A DNA stretch of 45,032 nt from positions 1 through 45,032 of the forward strand of contig JAZRGF010000119.1 in assembly GCA_045644005.1 (NCBI GenBank). The letters are read 5' to 3'. The DNA is from Bacteroidaceae bacterium (GTDB taxonomy: Bacteria; Bacteroidota; Bacteroidia; Bacteroidales; Bacteroidaceae). The notes under the pieces were generated by a model that was given only the letters and a program-made list of their open reading frames with translations, made no database searches and was not told the origin of the DNA. Of the stretch, positions 20,501 to 29,939 are shown one piece after another. The position numbers were made by a program, and so were the translations under genes. Numbering within the stretch: the first letter of the stretch is position 1; every line of letters begins with the position of its first letter.

Positions 20501-20865
20501 TTGACAACCAGAGTGTTGCCGTTAACTGGCGTTGGCGTAAGGATGGCGACGTGACAGAGATTCCTCGTGCGGTGTACAACTCTAGTAACGCGTACAACTA
20601 TTTGGGTAGCGACCGTTATGTCGAGGATGCATCATATGTACGTCTTTCATATCTGCAGTTGTCATACTCATTCAAGCCCGAATGGTTGAAGAAGATTGGC
20701 GTGAAGAACCTTAACCTCTATGCATCGGCCGACAACCTGTTCTTGTTGACAAAGTATACAGGTCTTGACCCTGAGGTGGCAAACGGTGGTGAGGGTATTG
20801 CATACGATAATTCAAAGACCCCACGTCCACGCTCGTATACAATTTCATTGTCTCTTGGTTTCTAA
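17527..20865 (+). CDS. SusC/RagA-family TonB-dependent outer-membrane transporter (pair 1)
   Basis: 1112 aa. Has a signal peptide and an N-terminal carboxypeptidase-regulatory-like domain (ISGTITSDAEGPLIMVNI...GNFSM). Plug motifs include AASCAVYGSRGANGVIKIKTRRG. The C-terminal beta-barrel ends ...SLSLGF. Confidence 0.95.
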   Translation: MIKIKHLFLLVLLCFISSSVFAQKGARISGTITSDAEGPLIMVNITERDPSNRIIEACVTDFEGNFSMVVKNTSNVLEISYVGYKTQRVEIGSRTVFNIKMVEDNMLETVDIVAESRSRSGGLDILDREMTHATQKISMDDMDGLSFASVDEALQGQIAGLDVVFNSGDVGSGTQMRLRGNSTLGGDATPLIVVDDNIFEVDEGTNIREDATAENFAELLMINTEDIAEIEVLKDAASCAVYGSRGANGVIKIKTRRGKRGPARVNFSYKFKDKWTPTGYNLLNGDDYTMLIKQALFNMNHKTEEVNIDELNYDKNFSEYENFNNNTDWVDAISKHGYRNEYNLNISGGGEKATFRISGAYSNENGQVLGQDLNSFTARLALDYYVSARIKVIADFAFSYTKQRRNAESLLYNALLMMPNMSIYSQDSLGNNTDAYYSMLKYATPNVLQSAMQGRRNPLAVGELAQYHTENYSINPMITFEYNLLGLEDNETQLKYRGMVNLNASTYTGSKYMPAALYTSEWYDQSKNSSNADDSKSLGFTTRHQLIFTPYLGNKDHYMTMNGQFELSTGSGNSQYSTALHLPTGNISSSTVGAMLTSSGTGKWQSRNVSFVFDAHYSYKSKYSLRLAVRGEGNTAMGDDRKWAAFPSISARWNIIDESWMEWAKPYLSMFSLRPGFGIGGHAPGSNATFNTYSATGLNYLGMAGFDMDGIRLTDLRRSNLRELNIGSDFGFFKDFFTGAFNFYHNTTRDNIIQGYRIPSSAGVIDKNSGTYALAYKNSGTVRNYGWELNMNLNNIKLAKDFSMSLYFNIGNNYNEILELEEAYLDAKNPDYTSPVNSQYLSRIQIGNPSGAIYGFRYKGVYRYSYKNWEKALAEEEAGRNGTCPIVRDADGNVVYDASGKPKKLVLFYDNEKGTNKYVFKGGDAIYEDINHDGTINQLDIVYLGNSNPAAQGGFGLTFRYKKWSLRTSFTYRWNVDVVNSSRMSFENMATFDNQSVAVNWRWRKDGDVTEIPRAVYNSSNAYNYLGSDRYVEDASYVRLSYLQLSYSFKPEWLKKIGVKNLNLYASADNLFLLTKYTGLDPEVANGGEGIAYDNSKTPRPRSYTISLSLGF

Positions 20866-20877
20866 AAGTTTACAAAT

Positions 20878-22608
20878 ATGAAAATAGTATCAAAAATATA
20901 TAGTAAAGTTCTCCTTGCAGCGGTTGTTGCTGTCGGTGCCATGATGAGTTCATGTACCGATTACCTGACAATTATCCCTGCCGATAAGGTTGTCGAGGAG
21001 AACTTCTGGCAGACAAAAGACCAGGTCAACGGTATGCTTGCAACAAGTTATATCAAACTGTTCAGCACCGATGCTGTAAGAAAGGCGATAATCTGGGGTG
21101 AGGTACGTTCGGACGATATGAGTTACCCATCGTCTTCGGATTACAATCCAGAAGTCAAGGATATCATTGAGGCTGAAGTTGACTATAAAAACAGTTATTG
21201 CAACTGGGGAGTTTATTACGAGGCAATAAGCAGCGCCAATCTTGTGCTTGAGTGTGCGGGTAAGGCAAGGCAGACCGACCCCGATTTTACCGAGGGCGAT
21301 TCTATTATAGTATCGGGTGAGATGTATGCAATGCGTGCTCTTTGCCACTTCTATCTTGTACGTACTTTCCGCGACATTCCATTGGCAACAAGATCGGCCA
21401 AGAATGATGCCGATATGCCGGATTATGTTCAGGTACATCCGCTCGAGGCGCTGGACCACATTATGGCGGATCTTGACAAAGCTCAGGATATGGTTATGAA
21501 GTCAGGTGCATACACTGACCCGGCCAAGAACCTTGGACGCATTAGCCGCAACGCTGTATTGGCGATAAAGGCCGATGTGAACTTGTGGCGTGCTGCATTT
21601 GCAAAATATTATGAGGATGACACAGAACGTGTCAAGCCGGGTGACGTACAGAGATACTATGACGAGTGCGTGCAGAACTGTCAGGAGCTCCTGGATGATA
21701 TGGACGCAACCATTGAAAAGGAGAACGAGGGTAATCAGTTGGCCGAGACCTATCCCTACAATCTCATTCCCAACCGTGGCGATGATTTGAAGTCAAGCCT
21801 CAAGAGTACCGCTTATGACGAAATCTTCGGTTCAGGAAAGAACTCTTCGGAATCCATATTTGAACTACAGATTTCTAGTGACAATACCTCGCGCGACGAG
21901 ACAAAGGGTGCTCTTGCTGTCTATGGAACAGATAATGACCCGAATCTGGTGGCAGCTTCTAAAAAGTTTATTAAAGATTACTACGCAAAGGATGACCTCC
22001 GTGCCTATTCTTTTACAAACCTCAATAATTTCGAAGATTTGGATAAAGAGGAGACTGTTCTGTGTGTTACAAAATACGTGGCGAAGAAATCTCCTGCCGC
22101 CAAGGAAAAAGACTACCGCAAGAGCGGTGAATGGGATGCCAATTGGATTGTTTATCGTCGCACCGATGTGATGTTGATGATGGCAGAGGCTATGGTAACA
22201 CGTGAAAACGCTACCTCTGATGATATGCAGGAGGCATTCAACATTGTACATGCAATCAACACCCGCTCAAGGTGTGATTCTACCGCTATTGAGGAGAACG
22301 AATTGAAATTCGAGGACTATCCAACTGCCAAGGATATGCAGGAGCTTGTACGCGATGAGCGTGCCCGTGAGCTTGCGTTCGAGGGCAAGCGCTGGTATGA
22401 CCTTGTGCGTCTGGCATTGATGGAGAAGTCGACAGCCTCTGTAAAGTTTGTTGCCGATAAGCTCAAGAGTGGTGGTGTGGTAAAGATCAAGATGGCCAAT
22501 ATCGATTGTCTGTTCTTGCCAATTTTCCATGAGGAGTTGCGCTACAATAAGAATTTGAAGCAGAACCCCGAATACGATGACGATGATTCATTGACTGAGT
22601 TGAATTGA
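20878..22608 (+). CDS. SusD/RagB-family outer-membrane lipoprotein (pair 1)
   Basis: 576 aa. Lipobox GAMMSSC. SusD-like motifs MRALCHFYLVRTFRDIP and ERARELAFEGKRWYDLVR. Lies 12 nt after SusC. Confidence 0.9.
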   Translation: MKIVSKIYSKVLLAAVVAVGAMMSSCTDYLTIIPADKVVEENFWQTKDQVNGMLATSYIKLFSTDAVRKAIIWGEVRSDDMSYPSSSDYNPEVKDIIEAEVDYKNSYCNWGVYYEAISSANLVLECAGKARQTDPDFTEGDSIIVSGEMYAMRALCHFYLVRTFRDIPLATRSAKNDADMPDYVQVHPLEALDHIMADLDKAQDMVMKSGAYTDPAKNLGRISRNAVLAIKADVNLWRAAFAKYYEDDTERVKPGDVQRYYDECVQNCQELLDDMDATIEKENEGNQLAETYPYNLIPNRGDDLKSSLKSTAYDEIFGSGKNSSESIFELQISSDNTSRDETKGALAVYGTDNDPNLVAASKKFIKDYYAKDDLRAYSFTNLNNFEDLDKEETVLCVTKYVAKKSPAAKEKDYRKSGEWDANWIVYRRTDVMLMMAEAMVTRENATSDDMQEAFNIVHAINTRSRCDSTAIEENELKFEDYPTAKDMQELVRDERARELAFEGKRWYDLVRLALMEKSTASVKFVADKLKSGGVVKIKMANIDCLFLPIFHEELRYNKNLKQNPEYDDDDSLTELN

Positions 22609-22689
22609 TAAACGCAGGGCAGCGCAGAAGCTGATGAAACCGTGTGGAGAAAGCTGTCCCGTAATAAAAAACAAAAACATATACATAAT

Positions 22690-24435
22690 ATGAATAAGAT
22701 CATTAAACATAAAATTCTTGCCGGAGTTATGTTGCTTGGCTCTATGCTTGCAGGCTCTTCTTGTGAGGACGTTGTGGGTATAAATGTGACTCCCGAAACT
22801 CCGTTTGCAGACAAGACATTATACGAGGTTATTGTGAATGACCCCGAATTGTCCGACTTTGTTGAGATTCTCAATGCCTGTGGCGCAGAGTGTGCCGATT
22901 CGTTGTTCAACCAGTCAAGAGTCTACACCGTGTGGGCTCCGGTGAATGATGAGGTTTTCTTCAATAAGGACTCCATACTGGATCGTATAGCTGCCGGCTA
23001 CCGTGAAGACGTGTTCCTTACATTTGTCAAGCAGCACATTGCCAACCACGTTGTTGCTGCCAACGGAGCGCTCGATAGCGTAAACAAGGTGATGGTGCTC
23101 AATGGAAAGAAACCTGTCTTTACAGGTAATTACAAGGATGGGTTCACATTCTCTGGTATTGAACTCAAGGAGAAGAATATCCGCGCAAAGAATGGCATCC
23201 TTCACAAGATTGCAACTCCCTCCGAGTATAACTACAGCATTTGGGAGTATCTCAAGGTTGCTGAGAATGTAGATTCTGTAGCACAGTACCTCTATTCATA
23301 TAATGTCACCAAGTTCAACGAGGGCCAAAGTATAAAAGGTCCTATGGTAGATGGTGAGCAGACATTCCTTGACTCGGTATTCACTACAACCAACTCTTGG
23401 CTTGATAATGGCGGCGTAGGCCTTATTGATTCAGAGGACTCTACATACATCGTTTATGTCCCAAGCAATGCAATGTGGGAGAGGGAGGTTGCAAAGGCCG
23501 ACTCGTGCTATGCCTATGATATGAATAAAAAAATGACAGATGCCGAGAAGTATGAGCGTGACTCATTGCGCAAACGCTATCCACGTTATCACAACCTTAA
23601 GTTCATGACATACAGTGTCAATGAGCAGAGACATGTCAATAGCAGTGACTCAATGAAGCCTGCTCACGATGAAGGCGATAAAAAGCTTTTTGCAAAGGCC
23701 GATTTGGATGCCAATGTGGTATATAAGAAGGAACTCTCAAACGGTATTTTCAAGGTTGTGGATTCTATGCCATACAAGCATACCGACCTGTGGCACGATA
23801 CCATCTTTGTCGAGGGTGAGAACGAGAACATGTGGAACTATGGAAGCGACCAGGATGCAGCGGTTGGAACCAAATCTGCATTCGAGAACGAAATCAACCA
23901 GAAGGATTCTGCACTTATCGGTGCAAAGGTATCGGGCAGCTATTATATGAACTTTGGAAAAGAGAGTGGTAAGCCCACTGCAAAGTACAAGATACCAAAA
24001 GTGCTTTCTGCACAGTATTATGTCGCCGCCATATTTGTTCCCGCGAACATTACCTCTGCGACCATGGATTCTGCTGAAATAAAGTACGGCAAATATAGCT
24101 TTACCATAAAGCAGCAGGTATATAATGAGAATGGTATTCTCAAGAGCGTCGATCTTTTCAAAAACGGAACAAATAAAGGATTTATTGTAAACAGATTCGG
24201 TATGGATACCCTGTATCTTACTGTCGATGACAGCAGGGATGGCGAGAGAGTTATTATCAAACCGAATTGCTGCGAGTTCTACGGCAATGGCTACGATGCA
24301 AGCGAATATAGCGTGACATTGGATATACAATCCCAGAATCCTACTAGTGCCGAGAAAACGAAATACGGCGACTTTGGCAAGTCTATCCGTTTGGACAAGA
24401 TTATGCTTATTCCTGTACCCGAAACTGAAGAATAG
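22690..24435 (+). CDS. surface lipoprotein with two FAS1-like domains and a C-terminal domain of unknown function
   Basis: Start at MNKIIKHKILAGVMLLGSMLAGSSC (lipobox). FAS1 motifs: YTVWAPVNDEVF...AKNGILHKIATP and YIVYVPSNAMWE...LSNGIFKVVDSMP. Confidence 0.7.
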   Translation: MNKIIKHKILAGVMLLGSMLAGSSCEDVVGINVTPETPFADKTLYEVIVNDPELSDFVEILNACGAECADSLFNQSRVYTVWAPVNDEVFFNKDSILDRIAAGYREDVFLTFVKQHIANHVVAANGALDSVNKVMVLNGKKPVFTGNYKDGFTFSGIELKEKNIRAKNGILHKIATPSEYNYSIWEYLKVAENVDSVAQYLYSYNVTKFNEGQSIKGPMVDGEQTFLDSVFTTTNSWLDNGGVGLIDSEDSTYIVYVPSNAMWEREVAKADSCYAYDMNKKMTDAEKYERDSLRKRYPRYHNLKFMTYSVNEQRHVNSSDSMKPAHDEGDKKLFAKADLDANVVYKKELSNGIFKVVDSMPYKHTDLWHDTIFVEGENENMWNYGSDQDAAVGTKSAFENEINQKDSALIGAKVSGSYYMNFGKESGKPTAKYKIPKVLSAQYYVAAIFVPANITSATMDSAEIKYGKYSFTIKQQVYNENGILKSVDLFKNGTNKGFIVNRFGMDTLYLTVDDSRDGERVIIKPNCCEFYGNGYDASEYSVTLDIQSQNPTSAEKTKYGDFGKSIRLDKIMLIPVPETEE

Positions 24436-24443
24436 TTTGTAAG

Positions 24444-27400
24444 ATGAAAAAAAGAAAATCAACTATGTATATGCGACAATTATTGCAATTAACAGTGGCA
24501 TTGATATTTTTGATGCCATCAGCGGCTTTAGCATCGGAAACGGTGTCTGAAGGTACTGTAGCAGACAATCCCGTTAAGGTAGAGAAAAACAGTCCTGCTG
24601 CAGATGTGCGCACAGTGACCGGTACGGTATACGATGCGGCCACCAACCAGCCAATGGCCGGTGTACGTGTCCAGGCAACAGGCCACAAGAGAATCACTAC
24701 AATGACCAATGCCGAGGGTAAGTATAAATTGAATATCCCTTCTCATGTGACACTCTTGACATTCAGTACCACTGATTATCTGCTTGTTCAGAAACCCGTC
24801 GGCAAAAGGGACATAATTAACGTACGTCTTCACTCCGATGATTTTCAGGAAAATTACAGCGATGATATCGTTGTCACTGCCGAGAGGGGCTTTGATGAGG
24901 ATATAACAACTGCAATTACTATTGAATCTGATATACAGAACCAGTTGGGTGCCGATGTTCGCACTGTGAACCGTTCGGGAACCATGGGTATGGGTGCTGC
25001 CATGTTCATCCGCGGTATCAACTCACTTAATGCCAACGCACAGCCATTGGTTGTTGTGGACGGTGTTATCTGGGACCTGCAGGAGGGTAATGAGGCTATC
25101 CACATGGGTGCATACAACAATGTCCTGTCGGCTATTGATGTCAATGACATACGCAGCGTCAAGGTGTTGAAGAATGGCGCAGCCATATACGGTGCACGTG
25201 CTGCAAACGGTGTCATCATAATCAATACCAAGCGAGGCGAGAGCATGGCGACACGCATTACAGCGAACCTCTTTGCCAACGTGACACTTGAACCCGAAAC
25301 ACCGCGTATGCTCTCGGGCGAAGAGTATCGCCTCTATGCCAACGACATCATTGGTACCATGAATGTGAATCCAAACCGCGACATTGAATTCCTCCGCTCG
25401 GACAAGCCTGTGTATACAAATGGTAAACTCACAAGCGGTTTCCTGTATTATGACAAGTATCATAACAATACTGACTGGAACGAAGTCGTTTATCGCGAGG
25501 CTGTATCGCAGAACTATAAGATTAATGTAGAGGGTGGTGATGATGTTGCCATGTACAACTTCTCATTCGGCTACACATTGGGTAACTCGCCAATCAAGGG
25601 CAATGACTTCAACCGTCTTAACGTACGCTTGAACTCTGATATCGTGCTTACTGATGATTTGAAGACACGTATTGATATCTCTTATGCCCGCGTTGGACGT
25701 GAGCTGCTTGATGACGGTATGCGTGAAGATGCAACATCTTTCCCATTGACATCTCTTGGAGCACTTGCAACTGTCAAGTCTCCATTCCTCAGCCCCTATC
25801 GTTATTCATCTCTCGGTGAAATCAGTGCCATTATTGATGTTGCCGATGATTTTGCATACGGTGTATCAAAAGCAGCGGGCATTGCTAACCCTAACAACTC
25901 ATTGTATAACCCGCTCTCTATTCTTGACAAGGCTTCGGATCCTCACAAGAACGAGTTGGAGTATACAAATATGGGTATTACTGTTGCTCCTGAGTATAAA
26001 TTGGGCGATTTCACAATCTCCGAGACGTTCAACTACTCTTTGTATCGTGTGAGTGAGAAGTACTATCTACCTTATCCAGCTGCGGCCGATAACAAGCAGT
26101 ATTACTTCTATGTGAACTCACTCAATGGTAGCATAGGTAACTATATCGCATCATACTTTGGCAAGGAGGCTGCACTCTCAAGTGATACACGTGTTGCATG
26201 GGCAAAGGTGTTCGGCGCTCATAGTGTAGATGCCTTTGGAGGTTTCCGTTATACGAACTTCAATTTGGACTCAAATGCCATCAGCGGCGCGAACTCAGGT
26301 TCCGATATCCAGTTCAACACAGCCAAAGAGCACATTGAGAGTGACGGCGAAAAGAATGTGTGGTCAAACATGGCATGGTACCTCTCGGCCGATTATGCTT
26401 ACAGAACACGTTACTTCTTGCAGTTGGCCGCTTCGCTTGAGACATCTTCACGTTTCGGTGGCAGAGCCGACAATGCCTTGCGAATGCTGGGCGTGGCATG
26501 GGGCTTCTTCCCATCGGTGCAGGCCGCGTGGTTTGTTTCTTCAGAGCCTTGGTTCAATGTGAAGGGAATCAATGCCCTCAAGTTGCGTGCCGGTTTTGAC
26601 GTTACCGGTAACGATGCCATCGACTACCTTGCAGCACGCAGCTATCTGCAGTCTGTCAAGTTCTCTGACAAATATATGGGTCTGCAGCTTGGTAACGTGG
26701 AGAATGATGGTGTGAAATGGGAGAGCACAGCACGCTTCAATGTGGGTGTTGATGCTATGTTCCTTGAGAACCGTCTTGCGCTTTCGTTCGACTGGTACAG
26801 GTCAAAGACAAGAGACCTCCTGGTGCAGAAGCAGTATCAGTTCGTTACCGGTATGGGCACATATTGGGCTAATGGCGGTGAACTCCAGAATATGGGTGTT
26901 GAGGCAACGCTTAATGCCAAGCTTGTAAATGACAGGAACTTCCAGTGGGAGCTGGGCGCATCTTTGGGTCACTATAAAAACAAGGTGACAGCGCTTGACG
27001 AGGCGCTTGCCCCCGTATCGGTTTATGGTGCCGAGGTCGCTACAATGGTTGGCCAGCCTGTAGGTGTTTTCTGGGGCTACAAGACCGACGGTGTCATCGC
27101 TTCTTCGGCCGATGCTGCAGAGTATGGCCTTTATCAGCGCGATGCTACCGGTGCAAAGCAGTATTTCAAGGCCGGCGACATGAAGTTCGTTGACGTGAAC
27201 CCGGGTTCGGCCCCTGGCTGCATCGATGAGAATGACAAGACCGTTATCGGTAACCCCAACCCCGATATCTATGGTAATATCTTTACAAGACTTGCTTATA
27301 AGGGTCTTTCACTTGATGTAAACTTCAACTATTCTGTTGGTAATGATGTCTACAACTACTACCGCCAGCAGCTTGAGAGTGGTTCGTCATTCTATAACCA

Positions 27401-27749
27401 GACAACAGCAATGCTCAACCGCTGGACTGTGGACGGACAGGTAACCGACATTCCTTCAGTCGCTTATGGCGACCCTGTAGGCAACTCGCGTTTCTCTGAC
27501 CGTTGGATAGAGGATGGTTCATATCTGCGTCTCAAGAGCGTAAGGTTGTCATATGAGATTCCTGTTACAGCCAACTGGCTTCAGGGACTTACTGTTTGGG
27601 GTGCTGCAGAAAACCTCTACACCCTGACCAAGTATAAGGGTAGCGATCCCGAGTTCTCGGTAAGCAATAATGTCCTTTATCAGGGTGTCGATGCCGGCTT
27701 GTTGCCACAGTCACGCAGTTTCCACGTTGGTGTTAAGGTAAATCTCTAA
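24444..27749 (+). CDS. SusC/RagA-family TonB-dependent outer-membrane transporter (pair 2)
   Basis: 1101 aa. Carboxypeptidase-regulatory-like domain (VTGTVYDAATNQPMAGVRVQATG...AEGKYKL). Plug motif GAAIYGARAANGVIIINTKRG. The C-terminal barrel ends FHVGVKVNL. Confidence 0.95.
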   Translation: MKKRKSTMYMRQLLQLTVALIFLMPSAALASETVSEGTVADNPVKVEKNSPAADVRTVTGTVYDAATNQPMAGVRVQATGHKRITTMTNAEGKYKLNIPSHVTLLTFSTTDYLLVQKPVGKRDIINVRLHSDDFQENYSDDIVVTAERGFDEDITTAITIESDIQNQLGADVRTVNRSGTMGMGAAMFIRGINSLNANAQPLVVVDGVIWDLQEGNEAIHMGAYNNVLSAIDVNDIRSVKVLKNGAAIYGARAANGVIIINTKRGESMATRITANLFANVTLEPETPRMLSGEEYRLYANDIIGTMNVNPNRDIEFLRSDKPVYTNGKLTSGFLYYDKYHNNTDWNEVVYREAVSQNYKINVEGGDDVAMYNFSFGYTLGNSPIKGNDFNRLNVRLNSDIVLTDDLKTRIDISYARVGRELLDDGMREDATSFPLTSLGALATVKSPFLSPYRYSSLGEISAIIDVADDFAYGVSKAAGIANPNNSLYNPLSILDKASDPHKNELEYTNMGITVAPEYKLGDFTISETFNYSLYRVSEKYYLPYPAAADNKQYYFYVNSLNGSIGNYIASYFGKEAALSSDTRVAWAKVFGAHSVDAFGGFRYTNFNLDSNAISGANSGSDIQFNTAKEHIESDGEKNVWSNMAWYLSADYAYRTRYFLQLAASLETSSRFGGRADNALRMLGVAWGFFPSVQAAWFVSSEPWFNVKGINALKLRAGFDVTGNDAIDYLAARSYLQSVKFSDKYMGLQLGNVENDGVKWESTARFNVGVDAMFLENRLALSFDWYRSKTRDLLVQKQYQFVTGMGTYWANGGELQNMGVEATLNAKLVNDRNFQWELGASLGHYKNKVTALDEALAPVSVYGAEVATMVGQPVGVFWGYKTDGVIASSADAAEYGLYQRDATGAKQYFKAGDMKFVDVNPGSAPGCIDENDKTVIGNPNPDIYGNIFTRLAYKGLSLDVNFNYSVGNDVYNYYRQQLESGSSFYNQTTAMLNRWTVDGQVTDIPSVAYGDPVGNSRFSDRWIEDGSYLRLKSVRLSYEIPVTANWLQGLTVWGAAENLYTLTKYKGSDPEFSVSNNVLYQGVDAGLLPQSRSFHVGVKVNL

Positions 27750-27805
27750 TGAATGACAAACCTTTGTTAATGAATATTTATCAAGGTGCGAAAAAAGATA
27801 AAACA

Positions 27806-29869
27806 ATGAAAAAGAAACTTATTTATACAATAGCATTCCTACTTGGCGGAACCTTTATGTTCAGTTCCTGCGATGATATGTTGAATGTTGACTCAAACCG
27901 TGTGGAGTATGAGTTCGATGACTGGACACTCAATGACTCTGTATTCTCGGTTCTTGGTATTCTTAAAGGTGTGCAGAATGTTGCTGACCGTCAGGTTCTC
28001 ATCAATGAGCTGCGTGCCGACCTTGTGACTGTCAATGAGTCAAAGGCCGTTGTTGATGTACAGGAGTTGAGCCGTTCGGAGTTCAACCTTGGCAGCAACA
28101 AGTATCTTGACGTAAAGGATTATTATGCAATCATCAACAACTGTAACATATATCTTGCACGTGTAGATACTACACTTGAGAAGAACGGTGTGAGACTGAT
28201 GCTCCCCGAGTATGTTGCCGTAAAGAGTGTACGTGCATGGACATATCTCCAGCTTGCAATCAACTACAACAATGTACCTTACTTCACTGAGCCAATCCTT
28301 ACTCACAGTGCTGCCGAGGAGGTTATGAACACCCCAATGCTCACACGTAATGATATTCTGAACAGGCTCATTGAAGATATCCTCCCATATGAGAACCCTA
28401 CTACATATCCAATGCCTGCATGGGATACCGATGGTAAGGTGCTCAAGTTCGGTAGTGACACAGATGGTACCGATGTAGAGACAAAACAGCTTTTTGTGCC
28501 AATACGCATGTTGTTGGGTGAGCTCTATCTTTGGAAGGGTGACTACAAGAAAGCCGCACAGTATTTCTACTCTCAGATTGTAGGTGCCGGTACATCAAAG
28601 AAGTATACCGATGCAGGCTTCCAGGCTGCATATAGTAAAGAGAATGGCGAGGGATACAACAACAACTTCATCAAGATGTTTGCCTCAAAGAGCTATGGCG
28701 AGACCAGCACAAACTTCTTCACAATCATCCCATTCTCAAATACAGACCTTGGTGGAACAACATCATCCGCTCTTGCATCTGTCTTCTCTCCACAGTCGCA
28801 GGTAGGTGCTGCGCAGGTTGAAGCCTCTGCCGGTTTACGCTCTTTGGCGGGTCGTCAGGTCTATTCATATATTGAGGAAGCCGACAAAAAGAACAAGGCT
28901 GTCTCTCCCCAGTATAGCCATAAATACAAGTATAAGGGCGATCTCCGCATCAAGGCTACAACCTATTCACAGCATGGTACCGGTGATGACAAGAACGAGT
29001 ACAAGAATATCATTGCCAAGTTCAACTACGATGAGGGTTCGTGGAATATTGATGGTGCCTTCACACCGCGTGTAAAGACAACATTCCTCATTCTTCAGCG
29101 TAAAGAACATGCATACTTGCGTCTTGCCGAGGCGTTGGTAGGTTTGGCGCGTGGTGACAATGAGACACGATATGAAGGTGCAATGGAACTTGCCATGAAC
29201 ATCCTCAAGGTAGGTCCAAAGGCAAATTACCGTCTCTTGAAGAACCCTGTGTATGCCGACAGTGTACTGCTCAATTCAAAGGGTGATACAATATTTGAGT
29301 ACACATACGAGGCTGGCGTGAAGAAAGACAGCGTGGCAAGAAAGGATAGATATGTTGCCTCTTTCACAGATGAAATTGTATACGATTTTACTGACGACCT
29401 GTTCCAGAGCAACATAGGTATTCACTCACGTGGTTCGGGCTTCAGCGAGCGCAACGCATACTATGCGTTGAACGATACATGTATCGCACGCTATTTGGGC
29501 CGTACAGTGGTTGAAGATGATGTTGAGAAAATCTTGGGCGATATCAGCTACCAGGATTCACTCAATTACATTGCTGACCTCGTTATCGATGAGCTTGCTC
29601 TTGAGTTTGCTTGGGAGGGTACACGTTTTGGAGACCTCATCCGCTTTGCCGAGGCTGCAAAGAAAGATGGAGATCCCAAGTATTATGATATTCTTGCCAA
29701 GCGCGTTGCCGGTCGTGCATTGGAGAACAGTGTGACATACCGTAGCGAAGGCTTCCAGAAGGATGCCAAGCTCTATGATGATATGTCAAATGAGGAAAAT
29801 TGGTACTTGCCGTTGCCTGCTGGCGTTGTTGACCCGGTAAATCCCGCGGATGTAGCCAAAGGTAAATGA
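27806..29869 (+). CDS. SusD/RagB-family outer-membrane lipoprotein (pair 2, long form)
   Basis: Start at MKKKLIYTIAFLLGGTFMFSSC (lipobox). SusD-like features: VRAWTYLQLAINYNNVPYF, ELALEFAWEGTRFGDLIRF. About 687 aa. Confidence 0.85.
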   Translation: MKKKLIYTIAFLLGGTFMFSSCDDMLNVDSNRVEYEFDDWTLNDSVFSVLGILKGVQNVADRQVLINELRADLVTVNESKAVVDVQELSRSEFNLGSNKYLDVKDYYAIINNCNIYLARVDTTLEKNGVRLMLPEYVAVKSVRAWTYLQLAINYNNVPYFTEPILTHSAAEEVMNTPMLTRNDILNRLIEDILPYENPTTYPMPAWDTDGKVLKFGSDTDGTDVETKQLFVPIRMLLGELYLWKGDYKKAAQYFYSQIVGAGTSKKYTDAGFQAAYSKENGEGYNNNFIKMFASKSYGETSTNFFTIIPFSNTDLGGTTSSALASVFSPQSQVGAAQVEASAGLRSLAGRQVYSYIEEADKKNKAVSPQYSHKYKYKGDLRIKATTYSQHGTGDDKNEYKNIIAKFNYDEGSWNIDGAFTPRVKTTFLILQRKEHAYLRLAEALVGLARGDNETRYEGAMELAMNILKVGPKANYRLLKNPVYADSVLLNSKGDTIFEYTYEAGVKKDSVARKDRYVASFTDEIVYDFTDDLFQSNIGIHSRGSGFSERNAYYALNDTCIARYLGRTVVEDDVEKILGDISYQDSLNYIADLVIDELALEFAWEGTRFGDLIRFAEAAKKDGDPKYYDILAKRVAGRALENSVTYRSEGFQKDAKLYDDMSNEENWYLPLPAGVVDPVNPADVAKGK

Positions 29870-29891
29870 CCATACGATAGATAAACCATTG

Positions 29892-29925
29892 CAGACCGGG
29901 GCTAGTGCCCCGGTCTGTTCTTTTA
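29892..29925 (+). terminator. rho-independent terminator of the PUL-like operon
   Basis: CAGACCGGGG-CTAGTG-CCCCGGTCTG followed by TTCTTTT. Confidence 0.7.
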
Positions 29926-29939
29926 AAACGTATATTGTC

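Noticed and set aside
29889-29939. N-terminal extensions offered by the ORF track. Affected spans: 29889-29939, 7668-7874, 22642-22689, 27749-27805, 30774-30800, 31639-31692, 34596-34664, 37016-37051, 42771-42800.
   Set aside because: In each case an internal ATG gives a canonical N-terminus (signal peptide or lipobox, or a family-typical start). The extension runs through a terminator hairpin, a repeat element or the upstream gene.
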